From: Escherichia coli
GTDB taxonomy: Bacteria; Pseudomonadota; Gammaproteobacteria; Enterobacterales; Enterobacteriaceae
Strand: one strand, 5' to 3'
Assembly (NCBI RefSeq): GCF_050920415.1
Contig: NZ_CP169309.1
DNA length: 64,000 nucleotides
Shown: one piece after another, positions 44,389-54,960 of the stretch
Numbering within the stretch: position 1 is the first letter of the stretch
Layout of the letters: each line of letters begins with the position of its first letter
Position numbers and translations under genes: made by a program
The notes under the pieces: model-generated
Told to the model about the DNA's origin: nothing
Database searches by the model: none
Seen by the model: the letters and a program-made list of their open reading frames with translations, nothing else

Positions 44389-46014
44389 ATGAATATTTTC
44401 ACAGAGGCTGCAAAACTTGAAGAGCAAAATTGTCCGTTTGCGATGGCGCAAATTGTTGATAGCCGAGGCTCGACTCCCCGCCATTCTGCACAAATGTTAG
44501 TGCGCGCCGATGGTTCTATCGTCGGTACAATTGGTGGTGGAATGGTTGAGCGGAAGGTGATTGAAGAGTCGCTTCAGGCATTGCAGGAACGTAAGCCGCG
44601 ATTATTCCATGGACGTATGGCTCGTAACGGTGTGGATGCTGTCGGGTCAGATTGTGGAGGTGCAATGTCCGTGTTTATCAGCGTCCATGGTATGCGTCCT
44701 CGTCTGGTGTTGATTGGCGCGGGGCATGTCAACCGGGCGATAGCCCAGAGTGCGGCGCTATTAGGATTTGATATTGCCGTTGCCGATATTTATCGCGAAA
44801 GCCTTAATCCTGAATTATTCCCACCATCAACCACGCTTCTCCATGCTGAGTCGTTTGGTGCGGCAGTCGAAGCACTGGATATTCGCCCTGATAATTTTGT
44901 CCTGATTGCCACGAATAATCAGGATCGTGAAGCCCTCGACAAACTCATTGAACAGCCCATTGCATGGCTGGGGTTGCTGGCAAGTCGCCGCAAGGTTCAG
45001 CTTTTCCTACGTCAATTGCGTGAGAAAGGCGTGGCTGAAGAACATATTGCCCGTTTACATGCGCCCGTTGGTTACAACATAGGTGCGGAAACGCCGCAGG
45101 AGATCGCCATCAGCGTGCTGGCAGAAATATTACAGGTGAAAAATAACGCGCCGGGTGGGCTGATGATGAAACCTTCTCATCCTTCTGGACACCAGCTGGT
45201 GGTGATTCGCGGTGCGGGGGATATCGCCAGTGGTGTGGCGCTACGTCTGTATCATGCGGGTTTTAAAGTGATCATGCTGGAAGTGGAAAAACCGACAGTG
45301 ATTCGTTGTACCGTGGCGTTTGCCCAGGCCGTGTTCGATGGCGAAATGACGGTCGAAGGCGTCACTGCCCGCCTGGCAACCAGCTCTGCGGAAGCGATGA
45401 AACTTACCGAACGCGGATTCATCCCTGTCATGGTAGATCCCGCCTGTTCATTGCTTGATGAACTGAAACCGCTTTGCGTGGTGGACGCTATTCTGGCGAA
45501 ACAGAATTTGGGTACGCGGGCAGATATGGCACCAGTAACAATCGCGCTTGGGCCGGGCTTTACTGCTGGGAAGGATTGCCATGCGGTAATTGAAACAAAT
45601 CGCGGGCACTGGCTCGGTCAGGTGATTTACTCTGGTTGTGCGCAGGAGAATACCGGTGTTCCCGGCAATATTATGGGGCATACCACCCGACGGGTGATCC
45701 GTGCTCCTGCTGCAGGCATTATGCGATCCAACGTGAAATTAGGCGATCTGGTGAAAGAGGGCGATGTGATTGCCTGGATTGGTGAGCATGAAATTAAAGC
45801 ACCGTTGACGGGGATGGTGCGTGGCTTGTTGAACGACGGACTGGCGGTGGTCGGTGGTTTTAAAATTGGTGATATCGATCCACGTGGTGAAACGGCTGAT
45901 TTCACCAGCGTTTCTGATAAAGCCCGGGCAATTGGCGGCGGCGTACTTGAGGCGTTAATGATGTTGATGCATCAGGGCGTTAAAGCGACAAAAGAAGTGC
46001 TGGAAGTGGCTTAA
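44389..46014 (+). CDS. yqeB: XdhC/CoxI-family molybdenum hydroxylase maturation protein YqeB
   Basis: 541 aa ORF recognised as YqeB. Confidence 0.9.
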   Translation: MNIFTEAAKLEEQNCPFAMAQIVDSRGSTPRHSAQMLVRADGSIVGTIGGGMVERKVIEESLQALQERKPRLFHGRMARNGVDAVGSDCGGAMSVFISVHGMRPRLVLIGAGHVNRAIAQSAALLGFDIAVADIYRESLNPELFPPSTTLLHAESFGAAVEALDIRPDNFVLIATNNQDREALDKLIEQPIAWLGLLASRRKVQLFLRQLREKGVAEEHIARLHAPVGYNIGAETPQEIAISVLAEILQVKNNAPGGLMMKPSHPSGHQLVVIRGAGDIASGVALRLYHAGFKVIMLEVEKPTVIRCTVAFAQAVFDGEMTVEGVTARLATSSAEAMKLTERGFIPVMVDPACSLLDELKPLCVVDAILAKQNLGTRADMAPVTIALGPGFTAGKDCHAVIETNRGHWLGQVIYSGCAQENTGVPGNIMGHTTRRVIRAPAAGIMRSNVKLGDLVKEGDVIAWIGEHEIKAPLTGMVRGLLNDGLAVVGGFKIGDIDPRGETADFTSVSDKARAIGGGVLEALMMLMHQGVKATKEVLEVA

Positions 46015-46054
46015 ATGAAAATGGCCGGATGGTATTACCCACCCGGCCTTTAAA

Positions 46055-46987
46055 TTACTGACAAATCACCGTTCCGGTTTTGCCTTCAATCCCTTCTTTC
46101 GCTTTGCTCAATACGGTAATCAGTGCTTCGCGTCCAGCGCGAGAGCGAGCAAACGAGGCGGCTGCTTCCACTTTAGGCAGCATAGAACCTTTCGCAAAAT
46201 GACCTTCTTCGATAAAGCGTTCAGCATCACTTAATGACAGGCGATCGAGCCACTGTTCGTTCTCTTTACCGAAGTTAATGGCCACTTTTTCTACCGCAGT
46301 CAGAATGATCAGCATATCGGCATCAATCATTTCTGCTAAACGGGCGCTGGCCCAGTCTTTATCAATAACCGCGCTGGCACCACGCAGATGGTTACCTTCA
46401 CGAATAACAGGAATACCACCACCGCCAACGGTGATCACTACCTGGCCTGCATCTACCAGAGCTTTAACCGTTTCTTTTTCAATGATATCAACCGGTTTTG
46501 GCGAGGCAACAACACGGCGATAGCCGCGACCAGCATCTTCTTTCAGAGTGTAACCCTGTTTTGTCAGTTGCTCGGCTTCCTGCTCGGTAAAGAACGAACC
46601 GATTGGTTTGGTCGGGTTGAGGAAGGCCGGATCGTTAGCATCTACTTCGACCTGGGTAACCAGCGTTGCTACAGGTTTATTAATGCCACGAGAAAGCAGT
46701 TCTTCTCTTAAGGCGTTTTGTAGATCGTAACCAATATAACCCTGGCTTAAGGCAACACAGACAGACATCGGCAGCATTGGCGAGTGCGCTTCAGTTTTTG
46801 CCGCGGCTTCAAAGGCCTGGTTAATCATGCCCACCTGCGGCCCGTTACCATGAGTGACGATGACCTCATGTCCCTGGGCAATTAAATCAACAATTGCCTG
46901 AGACGTAATTTTTACCGCTTTCATTTGTCCGGCTAGATCGTCGCCCAGCGCATTCCCGCCCAGGGCGAGAACAATTTTCTTACTCAT
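46055..46987 (-). CDS. yqeA: carbamate kinase-like protein
   Basis: 310 aa; amino-acid kinase fold N-terminus KIVLALGGNAL. Confidence 0.9.
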   Translation of the reverse strand: MSKKIVLALGGNALGDDLAGQMKAVKITSQAIVDLIAQGHEVIVTHGNGPQVGMINQAFEAAAKTEAHSPMLPMSVCVALSQGYIGYDLQNALREELLSRGINKPVATLVTQVEVDANDPAFLNPTKPIGSFFTEQEAEQLTKQGYTLKEDAGRGYRRVVASPKPVDIIEKETVKALVDAGQVVITVGGGGIPVIREGNHLRGASAVIDKDWASARLAEMIDADMLIILTAVEKVAINFGKENEQWLDRLSLSDAERFIEEGHFAKGSMLPKVEAAASFARSRAGREALITVLSKAKEGIEGKTGTVICQ

Positions 46988-47034
46988 TTTTCCTCACTCA
47001 TCATTCTTGATTGTGTATAGATCCCTGGCAGTGG

Positions 47035-48420
47035 TTAGAGCACGGGAGGGACAAACGGTTTGCGTCGCAGGAAACGACCTCGCCCGGCTTTACCTGTAAA
47101 GGTGCCGTCACAGAAAATCGTTTCACCACGGGATAATGTTCTGACAATTGCGCCCTGACAGGTAAAACCCTCCCAGGGCGAGTAGTCGGCGTTGTCGTGG
47201 AGATGGCGGTGTTGAATTTGTTGACTCTGACGTGGGTCGATAATTACCACATCACCATCTGAGCCGGGCGCTAATAATCCTTTTTGTGGCCACAGGCCAA
47301 ATAGCCTGGCGGGCATCGCACTGGTCAATTCAACAAAACGCTCCGGTGTGATACGTCCCGTCATCACGCCACTGGAGAACAGCAACTGCATGCGGTTTTC
47401 CACACCGGGCAAGCCATTTGGGCAGCGGCTGAAATCGCCTTTAGAAATTTGCTGGCGCTGGGCCATCGAGAAGGTGCAGTGATCGGTCGCCACCACGTCA
47501 ATCGCACCATCACTAATGCCACACCACAGTTTGTCCTGCTCACGCACGTTACGCAGTGGTGGGCTAAGAATGAACTTCATGCCGTCTTCTGTATCGTAAC
47601 TGCGTTCGTCCAGCAGGAGATATTGCGGGCAGGTTTCAACCCAGACTGACTGGTGATTCGCGCGGGCAAGACGCAGATAATCCAGACCTAAGCCGTTAGA
47701 GAGGTGGACGATATAGAGCGGGGCGTTACCGGCAATTTGTGCCAGGTTAATCATGCGGGCGATGGCTTCCGCTTCGCATTCCAGAGGGCGGCTCAAGGCG
47801 TGATAGCGCGGCGCGGTTAACCCTGCGGCGATAAACTCCGCCCGCTTGCTGGCGATAGCTGCATCATTTTCCGGGTGCACGGTGGTCAGCGCGCCGGACT
47901 CATGCAAGCGGCGTAACGCCTGCAAAACCTCGTCATCGTTGAGTTTGTATTGATAGGTTAAATAGAGTTTAAAACTGCTCAGTCCTTCTTCGACCATCAT
48001 CGGAATTTCGTCGAGGATGGCGTGATTAATGTGCTGGATCACACCGTGAAAGCTGTAGTCGATGACCGCCTTATGGGCGGCATAGCCACGATAAACTTCC
48101 AGTTGATGGCGTAACCGGCAGCCATTCGGGCCAAATCCCATATGGTCAATAATGGTTGTTGTACCGCCACACGCAGCTGCGCGGGTACCGGTAAAAAAAT
48201 CATCACAACTGCGCGCGATGCCGACATCAATATTGAAATGCGTATGGACATCCACGCCGCCAGGGAAAACGTAACAGCCAGTGGCATCAATTTCTTCATA
48301 CGGGAGCTGCGGCGAAATATTGCTGCCCAATTGGCGAACAATCCCGCTCTCAATCAGCAAATCTTGTTTGGCTTGTCCATCTGCGTTAACGACAGTGCCG
48401 TTTTTGATCAATACGCGCAT
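47035..48420 (-). CDS. hyuA: D-phenylhydantoinase / dihydropyrimidinase-like amidohydrolase
   Basis: Track ORF 47035..48432 trimmed to MRVLIKNGTVVNADG... (461 aa); metal motif DVHTH. Confidence 0.9.
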   Translation of the reverse strand: MRVLIKNGTVVNADGQAKQDLLIESGIVRQLGSNISPQLPYEEIDATGCYVFPGGVDVHTHFNIDVGIARSCDDFFTGTRAAACGGTTTIIDHMGFGPNGCRLRHQLEVYRGYAAHKAVIDYSFHGVIQHINHAILDEIPMMVEEGLSSFKLYLTYQYKLNDDEVLQALRRLHESGALTTVHPENDAAIASKRAEFIAAGLTAPRYHALSRPLECEAEAIARMINLAQIAGNAPLYIVHLSNGLGLDYLRLARANHQSVWVETCPQYLLLDERSYDTEDGMKFILSPPLRNVREQDKLWCGISDGAIDVVATDHCTFSMAQRQQISKGDFSRCPNGLPGVENRMQLLFSSGVMTGRITPERFVELTSAMPARLFGLWPQKGLLAPGSDGDVVIIDPRQSQQIQHRHLHDNADYSPWEGFTCQGAIVRTLSRGETIFCDGTFTGKAGRGRFLRRKPFVPPVL

Positions 48421-48472
48421 AGCAAACTCCAAAAACCCTCCGGCGAACCGGAGGGGAATAAGTGAAGAGTAA

Positions 48473-49684
48473 TTATTCGGTTGCCAGCCAGCTTAACGGG
48501 ATTGCAGCGTACATCGCGGCACAGGTCACCAGGTGAGATTTCCAGGTTTTTTCGTTAGGTGCATGCGCTTCAGGTTCTTTACCCGGGCCAAAGCCGATCA
48601 CCGGAATGCCGTGACGACCCATGATAGATACGCCGTTAGTTGAGAAGGTCCACTTATCAACAACCGGCGCTTTGCCAAACAGCCCTTCGTAGGCGTTCAC
48701 CAGGGCTTTAACAGTGAAGTGATCTTCTTCCACTTTCCAGGTCGGGAAGTAGCATTCGGTTGGGTAAACCAGGCCAGTCCAGGAAGGACGGTCGTAGTTG
48801 TACATAGAAACAACCGCGTTAGCTTTCTGTACCGCAGGCAGGGCGCGGATTTCGTCCAGCGCGCCTTCCCAGGTTTCGCCCCAGGTCAGACGACGGTCAA
48901 TTGAAACTGCGCAGCTGTCTGCTACAGCGCAACGGCTTGGAGATGTGAAGAAGATTTCAGAAACGGTGAGGGTGCCTTTGCCGAGGAATTCGTCATAGCC
49001 CAGGCGCTGGGAGAGTTCCTGCAATTCGCCAAGAATCGGACCCATTTTGAAAATGGCGTTATCACCGCGTTCTGGCGCAGAGCCGTGGCAGCTAACGCCC
49101 TGAACATCAATGCGAATTTCCATACGACCGCGTTGACCACGATATACCTGGCAGTCGGTTGGTTCGGTACTGACCACAAATTCCGGGCGAATGCCAGATT
49201 GTTCAATAATGTACTGCCAGCACAGACCGTCGCAGTCTTCTTCCTGCACAGTGCCGGTGACCAGCAGGGTGTATTCATCTTCCAGACCGAGGTCTTTAAT
49301 GATTTTACCGGCATAAACCATAGAGGCCATGCCGCCTTCCTGGTCGGAAGTACCGCGGCCACCGATCAGTTCATCAGTTTCCATGCCTTCGTACGGATCG
49401 AAGTCCCAGTTTTTGATGTTGCCAATGCCGACGGTATCAATATGAGCGTCCATTGCCACCAGACGCGGGCCGTGGCCGATATAACCGAGAACGTTGCCCA
49501 TCGGGTCGATTTCAACTTTATCGAAGCCGACTTTTTCCATCTCTTCTTTAATACGATGTACTACGCGTTTTTCATCGCAGCTTTCACTGGGAATAGCAAC
49601 CATATCGCGCAGAAAGCGAGTCATGTCTGCCTGGTAATCTTTTGCTTTTTCAAGAATCAGTTTGAATGGAATATTCTTAGCCAT
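48473..49684 (-). CDS. ygeY: M20-family peptidase / deacylase YgeY
   Basis: 403 aa ORF recognised as YgeY. Confidence 0.9.
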
Positions 49685-49741
49685 TATTTTTCTCCAGATT
49701 TTTTACTCCCCGTTTTGCGGGGAGCAGTTCCAATAGGGTGA

Positions 49742-50938
49742 TTAAGGTGCTACAGAGTGTTTGCCTTCCCAGACAACTTCGCGGTAGTGCTTCACGTCGG
49801 TGTCGCCTTCAGTGCTGATAACCAGCACCACTGCATCTTTGTTCAGCGCCAGTTTTTCCATCAGGCTTTGACGTTGCGGGTGATAATGAACCGCCGCGAG
49901 AACGCCTAAACCGACAGCGCCGGATTCACCGGAGATGATGCGCGGGTCGTTGCCGTACGGATTACCCAGCACGCGCATACCTAATGCGGCAACGCTGTCC
50001 TGGCAGGAGATGAATTGGGTGGCGCAGTTACGTAGGATTTCCCAGCCCAGTGGGTTAGGTTCGCCGCAAGCCAGGCCCGCCATGATAGTGGCCATATCGC
50101 CGCCAACGTTGACGATGTCGCCTTTGACACCAGAACGATAGATACAGTCAGCTTTGTCAGGTTCAACAATAATGCTGTGCAGATTTTGCGGGCTGTAGAC
50201 GTCGACCAGATAACCCAGTACGCCGCCGGCCATCGCGCCGACACCGGCTTGCAGCAGAACGTGAGTTGGGGTTACGCCCATTTCACGCATTTGCTCGACG
50301 GCTTCATCTGCCAGAGTGGCATAGCCCTGCATAATCCAGGTTGGGATTTTGGTGTAGCCTTCCCAGGCGGTATCTTGCACCACTTCCCAGCCGTGTTGCT
50401 GCGCGTGTTGCATGGTCAGGCGAACGGTATCGTCATAGTTCATATCAGTGACGATGCACTCGGCTCCGAGGTTCAGAATGGCGTCAACGCGTTCCTGAGC
50501 GGAACCTTTCGGCATGTAAATTACCGCGTTCTGACCGAGTTGCTGTGCTGCCCAGGCAACACCGCGCCCGTGGTTGCCGTCGGTCGTTGTAGCAAATGTC
50601 ATTTTTTCGCCGATGGCATTTTTCAGATGCTCGAATGACAGTGTTTCGATATCAAGATGATATTTTTCGCACAACAACTGAGCGATGGCATATGCGCCGC
50701 CGAGCATTTTGAATGCGTTCAGACCGAATCGTTTTGATTCGTCCTTAACGAGAATTTTTTTCACCCCAAAAAGGTTTGCGAGATCGTCCAGCGCGCAAAG
50801 TGGTGTTGGGCGATAGCCAGCAATTTTCTGGTGGAACTGGCGCGCCAGTTTTGCCTGGCTTTGCGAAAAGAGCGGTGATGTTTCGCCGTTGAAAAATTTG
50901 TTATCGGCGATATCAATCTTCAATGAGAAAACGGACAT
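49742..50938 (-). CDS. dpaL: 2,3-diaminopropionate ammonia-lyase (PLP-dependent)
   Basis: 398 aa ORF recognised as YgeX/DpaL. Confidence 0.92.
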   Translation of the reverse strand: MSVFSLKIDIADNKFFNGETSPLFSQSQAKLARQFHQKIAGYRPTPLCALDDLANLFGVKKILVKDESKRFGLNAFKMLGGAYAIAQLLCEKYHLDIETLSFEHLKNAIGEKMTFATTTDGNHGRGVAWAAQQLGQNAVIYMPKGSAQERVDAILNLGAECIVTDMNYDDTVRLTMQHAQQHGWEVVQDTAWEGYTKIPTWIMQGYATLADEAVEQMREMGVTPTHVLLQAGVGAMAGGVLGYLVDVYSPQNLHSIIVEPDKADCIYRSGVKGDIVNVGGDMATIMAGLACGEPNPLGWEILRNCATQFISCQDSVAALGMRVLGNPYGNDPRIISGESGAVGLGVLAAVHYHPQRQSLMEKLALNKDAVVLVISTEGDTDVKHYREVVWEGKHSVAP

Positions 50939-50996
50939 ATCCTATCCTTTTGGCCTCTGGAAATAGAGAGCCGACCTGTCGATCGGCCCGAGGGGG

Positions 50997-52187
50997 TTAT
51001 TTCACGCGTTCTTGCGCTTCTTTCAGCAGTTGTTCGAGCAGTGCGCCTGGTTTGGAATATTTACGGGAAAGGATCATTGCTGCGATGATGTATGGCTTCC
51101 AGCTGGCTTCTTTGTAGGTCGCGATACGGTATTTTTCGAATACGCCTTCAGTGACTTCACCTTCTTTGCAGGATACGCCACTGATATCTGCTGGCAGGCA
51201 GTGCATGTACAGGGCTTCGCCATCACGGGTCAGTTCCATCATCTCTTCAGTGCAATGCCAGTCTTTGTGTTGCGCGTTCTGTGCCAGACACTGTTTTTCC
51301 AGTGCTTTTAAGCCTTCGTGATCGTTCGCACGCAGCAGTTCAGTACGCTCTTCCATCACTTTGTAAGGTGCCCATGACTTCGGATAAACGATGTCTGCGT
51401 CTTTGAAGGCTTCTTCCATGCTGGTGACCTGACGGAAGCTACCGCCAGAGGCTTTAGCATTATTTTTAGCTACTTCAACTACATCTGGGATCAAATCGTA
51501 GCCTTCCGGATGGGCCAGGGTGACATCCATACCGAAGCGGGTCATCAGGCCGATAATGCCTTGCGGTACAGAGAGCGGTTTGCCGTAGCTTGGGGAGTAT
51601 GCCCAGGTCATGGCGATTTTTTTACCTTTCAGGTTTTCGAGCGAACCAAAGTGTTCACGCAACCATGCCAGGTCAGCCATTGACTGAGTCGGATGGTCGA
51701 TATCGCATTGCAGGTTCACTAAAGCCGGACGCTGTGGAAGCACGCCCTGCTTGTAGCCGTCATCAAGCGCAGCGCCAACTTCACGCATATAGGCGTTACC
51801 TGCGCCCAGATACATATCGTCACGAATACCAATAGCGTCGGCGCAGAAGGAGATCATATTGGCGGTTTCACGTACGGTTTCGCCGTGAGCGATTTGTGAT
51901 TTGCCTTCGTCGAGATCTTGCTGTGCAAGGCCGAGCAGGTTAAGCGCGGAAGCATAAGAGAAGCGGGTACGGGTGGAGTTGTCGCGGAATACGGAAATAC
52001 CTAATCCACTATTAAAGACTTTGGTTGAGATGTTTTCAGCACGCAGTGCTTTTAATGCTGCGGCAACGTCCAGTACTTGTTTCAGTTCATCAGGCGTCTG
52101 TTCCCACGTTAACAAAAAATCTTTCTCGTGAAGGTGAGAGGTCAGCGAATTGATATCCTTAATCAGCTCATTAACAGTTTTCATCAT
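50997..52187 (-). CDS. ygeW: putative carbamoyltransferase (ATCase/OTCase-like) YgeW
   Basis: 396 aa; carbamoyl-phosphate binding STRTR motif. Confidence 0.9.
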   Translation of the reverse strand: MMKTVNELIKDINSLTSHLHEKDFLLTWEQTPDELKQVLDVAAALKALRAENISTKVFNSGLGISVFRDNSTRTRFSYASALNLLGLAQQDLDEGKSQIAHGETVRETANMISFCADAIGIRDDMYLGAGNAYMREVGAALDDGYKQGVLPQRPALVNLQCDIDHPTQSMADLAWLREHFGSLENLKGKKIAMTWAYSPSYGKPLSVPQGIIGLMTRFGMDVTLAHPEGYDLIPDVVEVAKNNAKASGGSFRQVTSMEEAFKDADIVYPKSWAPYKVMEERTELLRANDHEGLKALEKQCLAQNAQHKDWHCTEEMMELTRDGEALYMHCLPADISGVSCKEGEVTEGVFEKYRIATYKEASWKPYIIAAMILSRKYSKPGALLEQLLKEAQERVK

Positions 52188-52662
52188 AAAGTCCCGGTAG
52201 TGGAATGACAGGCAAAGTGGTTTATTTCACTGTGACTTGCCAAAGTGATTGGTGTTTTCACAGCTATACCAGGGACTAACAATAAGTGTGCCAGAATTAT
52301 CCACGCGGCTATAAAAGACTAATTTGACGGGTAATGTGTGGTGTAGATCACAAATTGATGCCAGCTTCCGGTTGTGTGTAAAATACGAAAACGTTTGGCT
52401 TTTTTTATTGCGTTGTTTATTTGCTGCTAAGTATCAGAAATAAGATAAAGGGGCAGGCTATCCCTCGTCAGTTTGATAAACTCACCGCTGTAATTCTCAT
52501 ATTGATATAGAAATGTGATATCTCTTCCATAATTTCATTAGAAAGTGATAAAAACCTTATGTTTTTATCAAAGCCAATTTCGCCTGAGTTAATATCATGA
52601 TGATCTGTGAACCATCAACGTCTTCAATGATCGACTTTTAAGTAAGTCTGGAAGGTAAAGCT

Positions 52663-54441
52663 ATGGAGCTTGCTACTACGCAGTCAGTATTGATGCAAAT
52701 TCAACCGACAATTCAGCGTTTTGCCAGAATGCTTGCCAGCGTTTTGCAGCTTGAGGTTGAGATCGTTGATGAAAACTTGTGTCGCGTCGCCGGAACGGGT
52801 GCGTATGGGAAGTTTCTTGGCCGCCAGTTGAGCGGCAACTCACGCCTGCTCCGCCACGTCCTGGAAACGAAAACTGAAAAAGTTGTGACACAGTCTCGCT
52901 TCGATCCCCTTTGCGAAGGTTGCGATAATAAAGATAATTGTCGCGAAAAAGCATTTCTGGGTACGCCTGTCATTTTACAGGATCGTTGTGTTGGGGTGAT
53001 AAGTTTGATTGCAGTTACCCACGAGCAACAAGAACATATCAGTGATAATTTACGCGAGTTTTCTGATTACGTTCGCCATATATCCACCATTTTTGTTTCG
53101 AAACTTTTGGAGGATCAGGGGCCAGGAGATAACATCAGTAAAATATTCGCGACCATGATCGATAATATGGATCAGGGCGTTTTAGTTGTTGATGACGAAA
53201 ATCGGGTTCAGTTTGTTAATCAGACTGCCTTAAAAACACTCGGTGTTGTGCAAAATAATATTATTGGGAAACCTATCCGTTTCAGACCATTAACATTTGA
53301 GAGTAATTTTACCCATGGACATATGCAGCATATTGTTTCGTGGGACGATAAAAGTGAATTAATCATTGGTCAATTGCATAACATTCAGGGCAGACAATTA
53401 TTTTTAATGGCGTTTCACCAATCGCATACCAGTTTTTCTGTAGCAAATGCACCTGATGAACCGCATATTGAACAATTGGTTGGCGAGTGCCGTGTTATGC
53501 GGCAATTAAAACGACTCATTAGCCGTATTGCGCCCAGCCCATCCAGCGTTATGGTGGTTGGTGAAAGCGGCACGGGTAAAGAAGTCGTCGCGCGTGCAAT
53601 CCATAAGTTGAGTGGAAGACGAAATAAACCCTTTATTGCTATCAACTGTGCCGCGATTCCTGAACAACTTCTGGAGAGCGAACTATTCGGTTATGTTAAA
53701 GGCGCATTTACTGGCGCTTCAGCCAACGGTAAAACAGGGTTGATTCAGGCGGCGAATACGGGCACGCTGTTTCTCGATGAAATTGGTGATATGCCATTAA
53801 TGTTGCAGGCTAAATTACTGCGCGCTATTGAGGCGCGTGAAATACTGCCGATTGGTGCCAGTAGCCCAATTCAGGTCGACATCCGCATCATTTCTGCAAC
53901 TAACCAGAATTTGGCCCAGTTCATTGCCGAAGGTAAATTCCGCGAAGATCTCTTCTACCGACTTAATGTTATCCCGATCACTCTTCCACCGCTGCGTGAA
54001 CGTCAGGAAGATATTGAACTGCTGGTACATTACTTTTTACATCTGCATACCCGTCGTCTGGGATCGGTTTATCCGGGTATTGCTCCCGATGTCGTCGAGA
54101 TATTGCGTAAGCATCGTTGGCCCGGAAACCTGCGCGAGTTAAGCAATTTAATGGAATATCTGGTTAACGTTGTTCCTTCAGGTGAAGTTATCGACAGCAC
54201 GCTATTGCCGCCAAATTTGCTGAATAATGGCACAACGGAGCAAAGTGATGTAACAGAGGTCAGCGAGGCGCACTTGGCACTCGATGATGCGGGCGGCACG
54301 GCGCTGGAGGAGATGGAAAAGCAAATGATCCGCGAGGCGCTTTCACGTCATAACAGCAAGAAGCAAGTTGCTGATGAACTGGGTATCGGCATTGCTACGC
54401 TCTATCGCAAGATAAAGAAATATGAGTTGTTAAACGCATAA
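52663..54441 (+). CDS. ygeV: sigma-54-dependent transcriptional activator (bacterial enhancer-binding protein)
   Basis: 592 aa; AAA+ core with Walker A GESGTGKE and GAFTGA sigma-54 contact motif; C-terminal HTH. Confidence 0.93.
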   Translation: MELATTQSVLMQIQPTIQRFARMLASVLQLEVEIVDENLCRVAGTGAYGKFLGRQLSGNSRLLRHVLETKTEKVVTQSRFDPLCEGCDNKDNCREKAFLGTPVILQDRCVGVISLIAVTHEQQEHISDNLREFSDYVRHISTIFVSKLLEDQGPGDNISKIFATMIDNMDQGVLVVDDENRVQFVNQTALKTLGVVQNNIIGKPIRFRPLTFESNFTHGHMQHIVSWDDKSELIIGQLHNIQGRQLFLMAFHQSHTSFSVANAPDEPHIEQLVGECRVMRQLKRLISRIAPSPSSVMVVGESGTGKEVVARAIHKLSGRRNKPFIAINCAAIPEQLLESELFGYVKGAFTGASANGKTGLIQAANTGTLFLDEIGDMPLMLQAKLLRAIEAREILPIGASSPIQVDIRIISATNQNLAQFIAEGKFREDLFYRLNVIPITLPPLRERQEDIELLVHYFLHLHTRRLGSVYPGIAPDVVEILRKHRWPGNLRELSNLMEYLVNVVPSGEVIDSTLLPPNLLNNGTTEQSDVTEVSEAHLALDDAGGTALEEMEKQMIREALSRHNSKKQVADELGIGIATLYRKIKKYELLNA

Positions 54442-54480
54442 CCTCAGTAAATCCGGCCTGAGTTCAGGCCGGATATCCTT

Positions 54481-54960
54481 TTACTTCGTTTTCTCGCAAT
54501 CCAGAACTGTATTTACAATCATCTGATACCCCGTGCAGCGACAAAGATTTCCCGCCAGGCCGCGACGAATCTCCGTAATAGTTAATGGCTTCTCGCGTGG
54601 TTTCGCCAGCATTGCCGTGGTAGCCATAATCAGGCCAGGCGTACAAAACCCGCACTGCACCGCGCCGGATTTCGCATAAGCTTGCTGGACATGAGAAAGT
54701 TTTCCGCCTTTCGCTTCACCTTCCAGCGTGCGGATTTCTTTGCCTTCAGCCCAGGCGGCAAGGTATAAGCAACTGTCTATCGCAGTACCGTCGACCAGCA
54801 CCGTACAGGCACCACATTCACCCACGCAGCAACCTTGCTTGACGCTTAGCAGTCCTTGTTCGCGGAGTAATTCCGAGAGCGGCGTGCCTGGCGCGGCGTG
54901 AAGCTGAAAAGGTATCCCGTTAATGGTGCATTCGATGGTAATTGTTTCGCTGTGATTCAT
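54481..54960 (-). CDS. xdhC: xanthine dehydrogenase Fe-S subunit (2Fe-2S)
   Basis: 159 aa; CxxGxCGxC ferredoxin-type and second Cys cluster. Confidence 0.93.
   Translation of the reverse strand: MNHSETITIECTINGIPFQLHAAPGTPLSELLREQGLLSVKQGCCVGECGACTVLVDGTAIDSCLYLAAWAEGKEIRTLEGEAKGGKLSHVQQAYAKSGAVQCGFCTPGLIMATTAMLAKPREKPLTITEIRRGLAGNLCRCTGYQMIVNTVLDCEKTK

Noticed and set aside
52275-52292. sigma-54-like match upstream of ygeW (minus strand TGGCACACTTATTGT)
   Set aside because: The -12 element reads GT instead of the near-invariant GC; too weak to call without experimental support.
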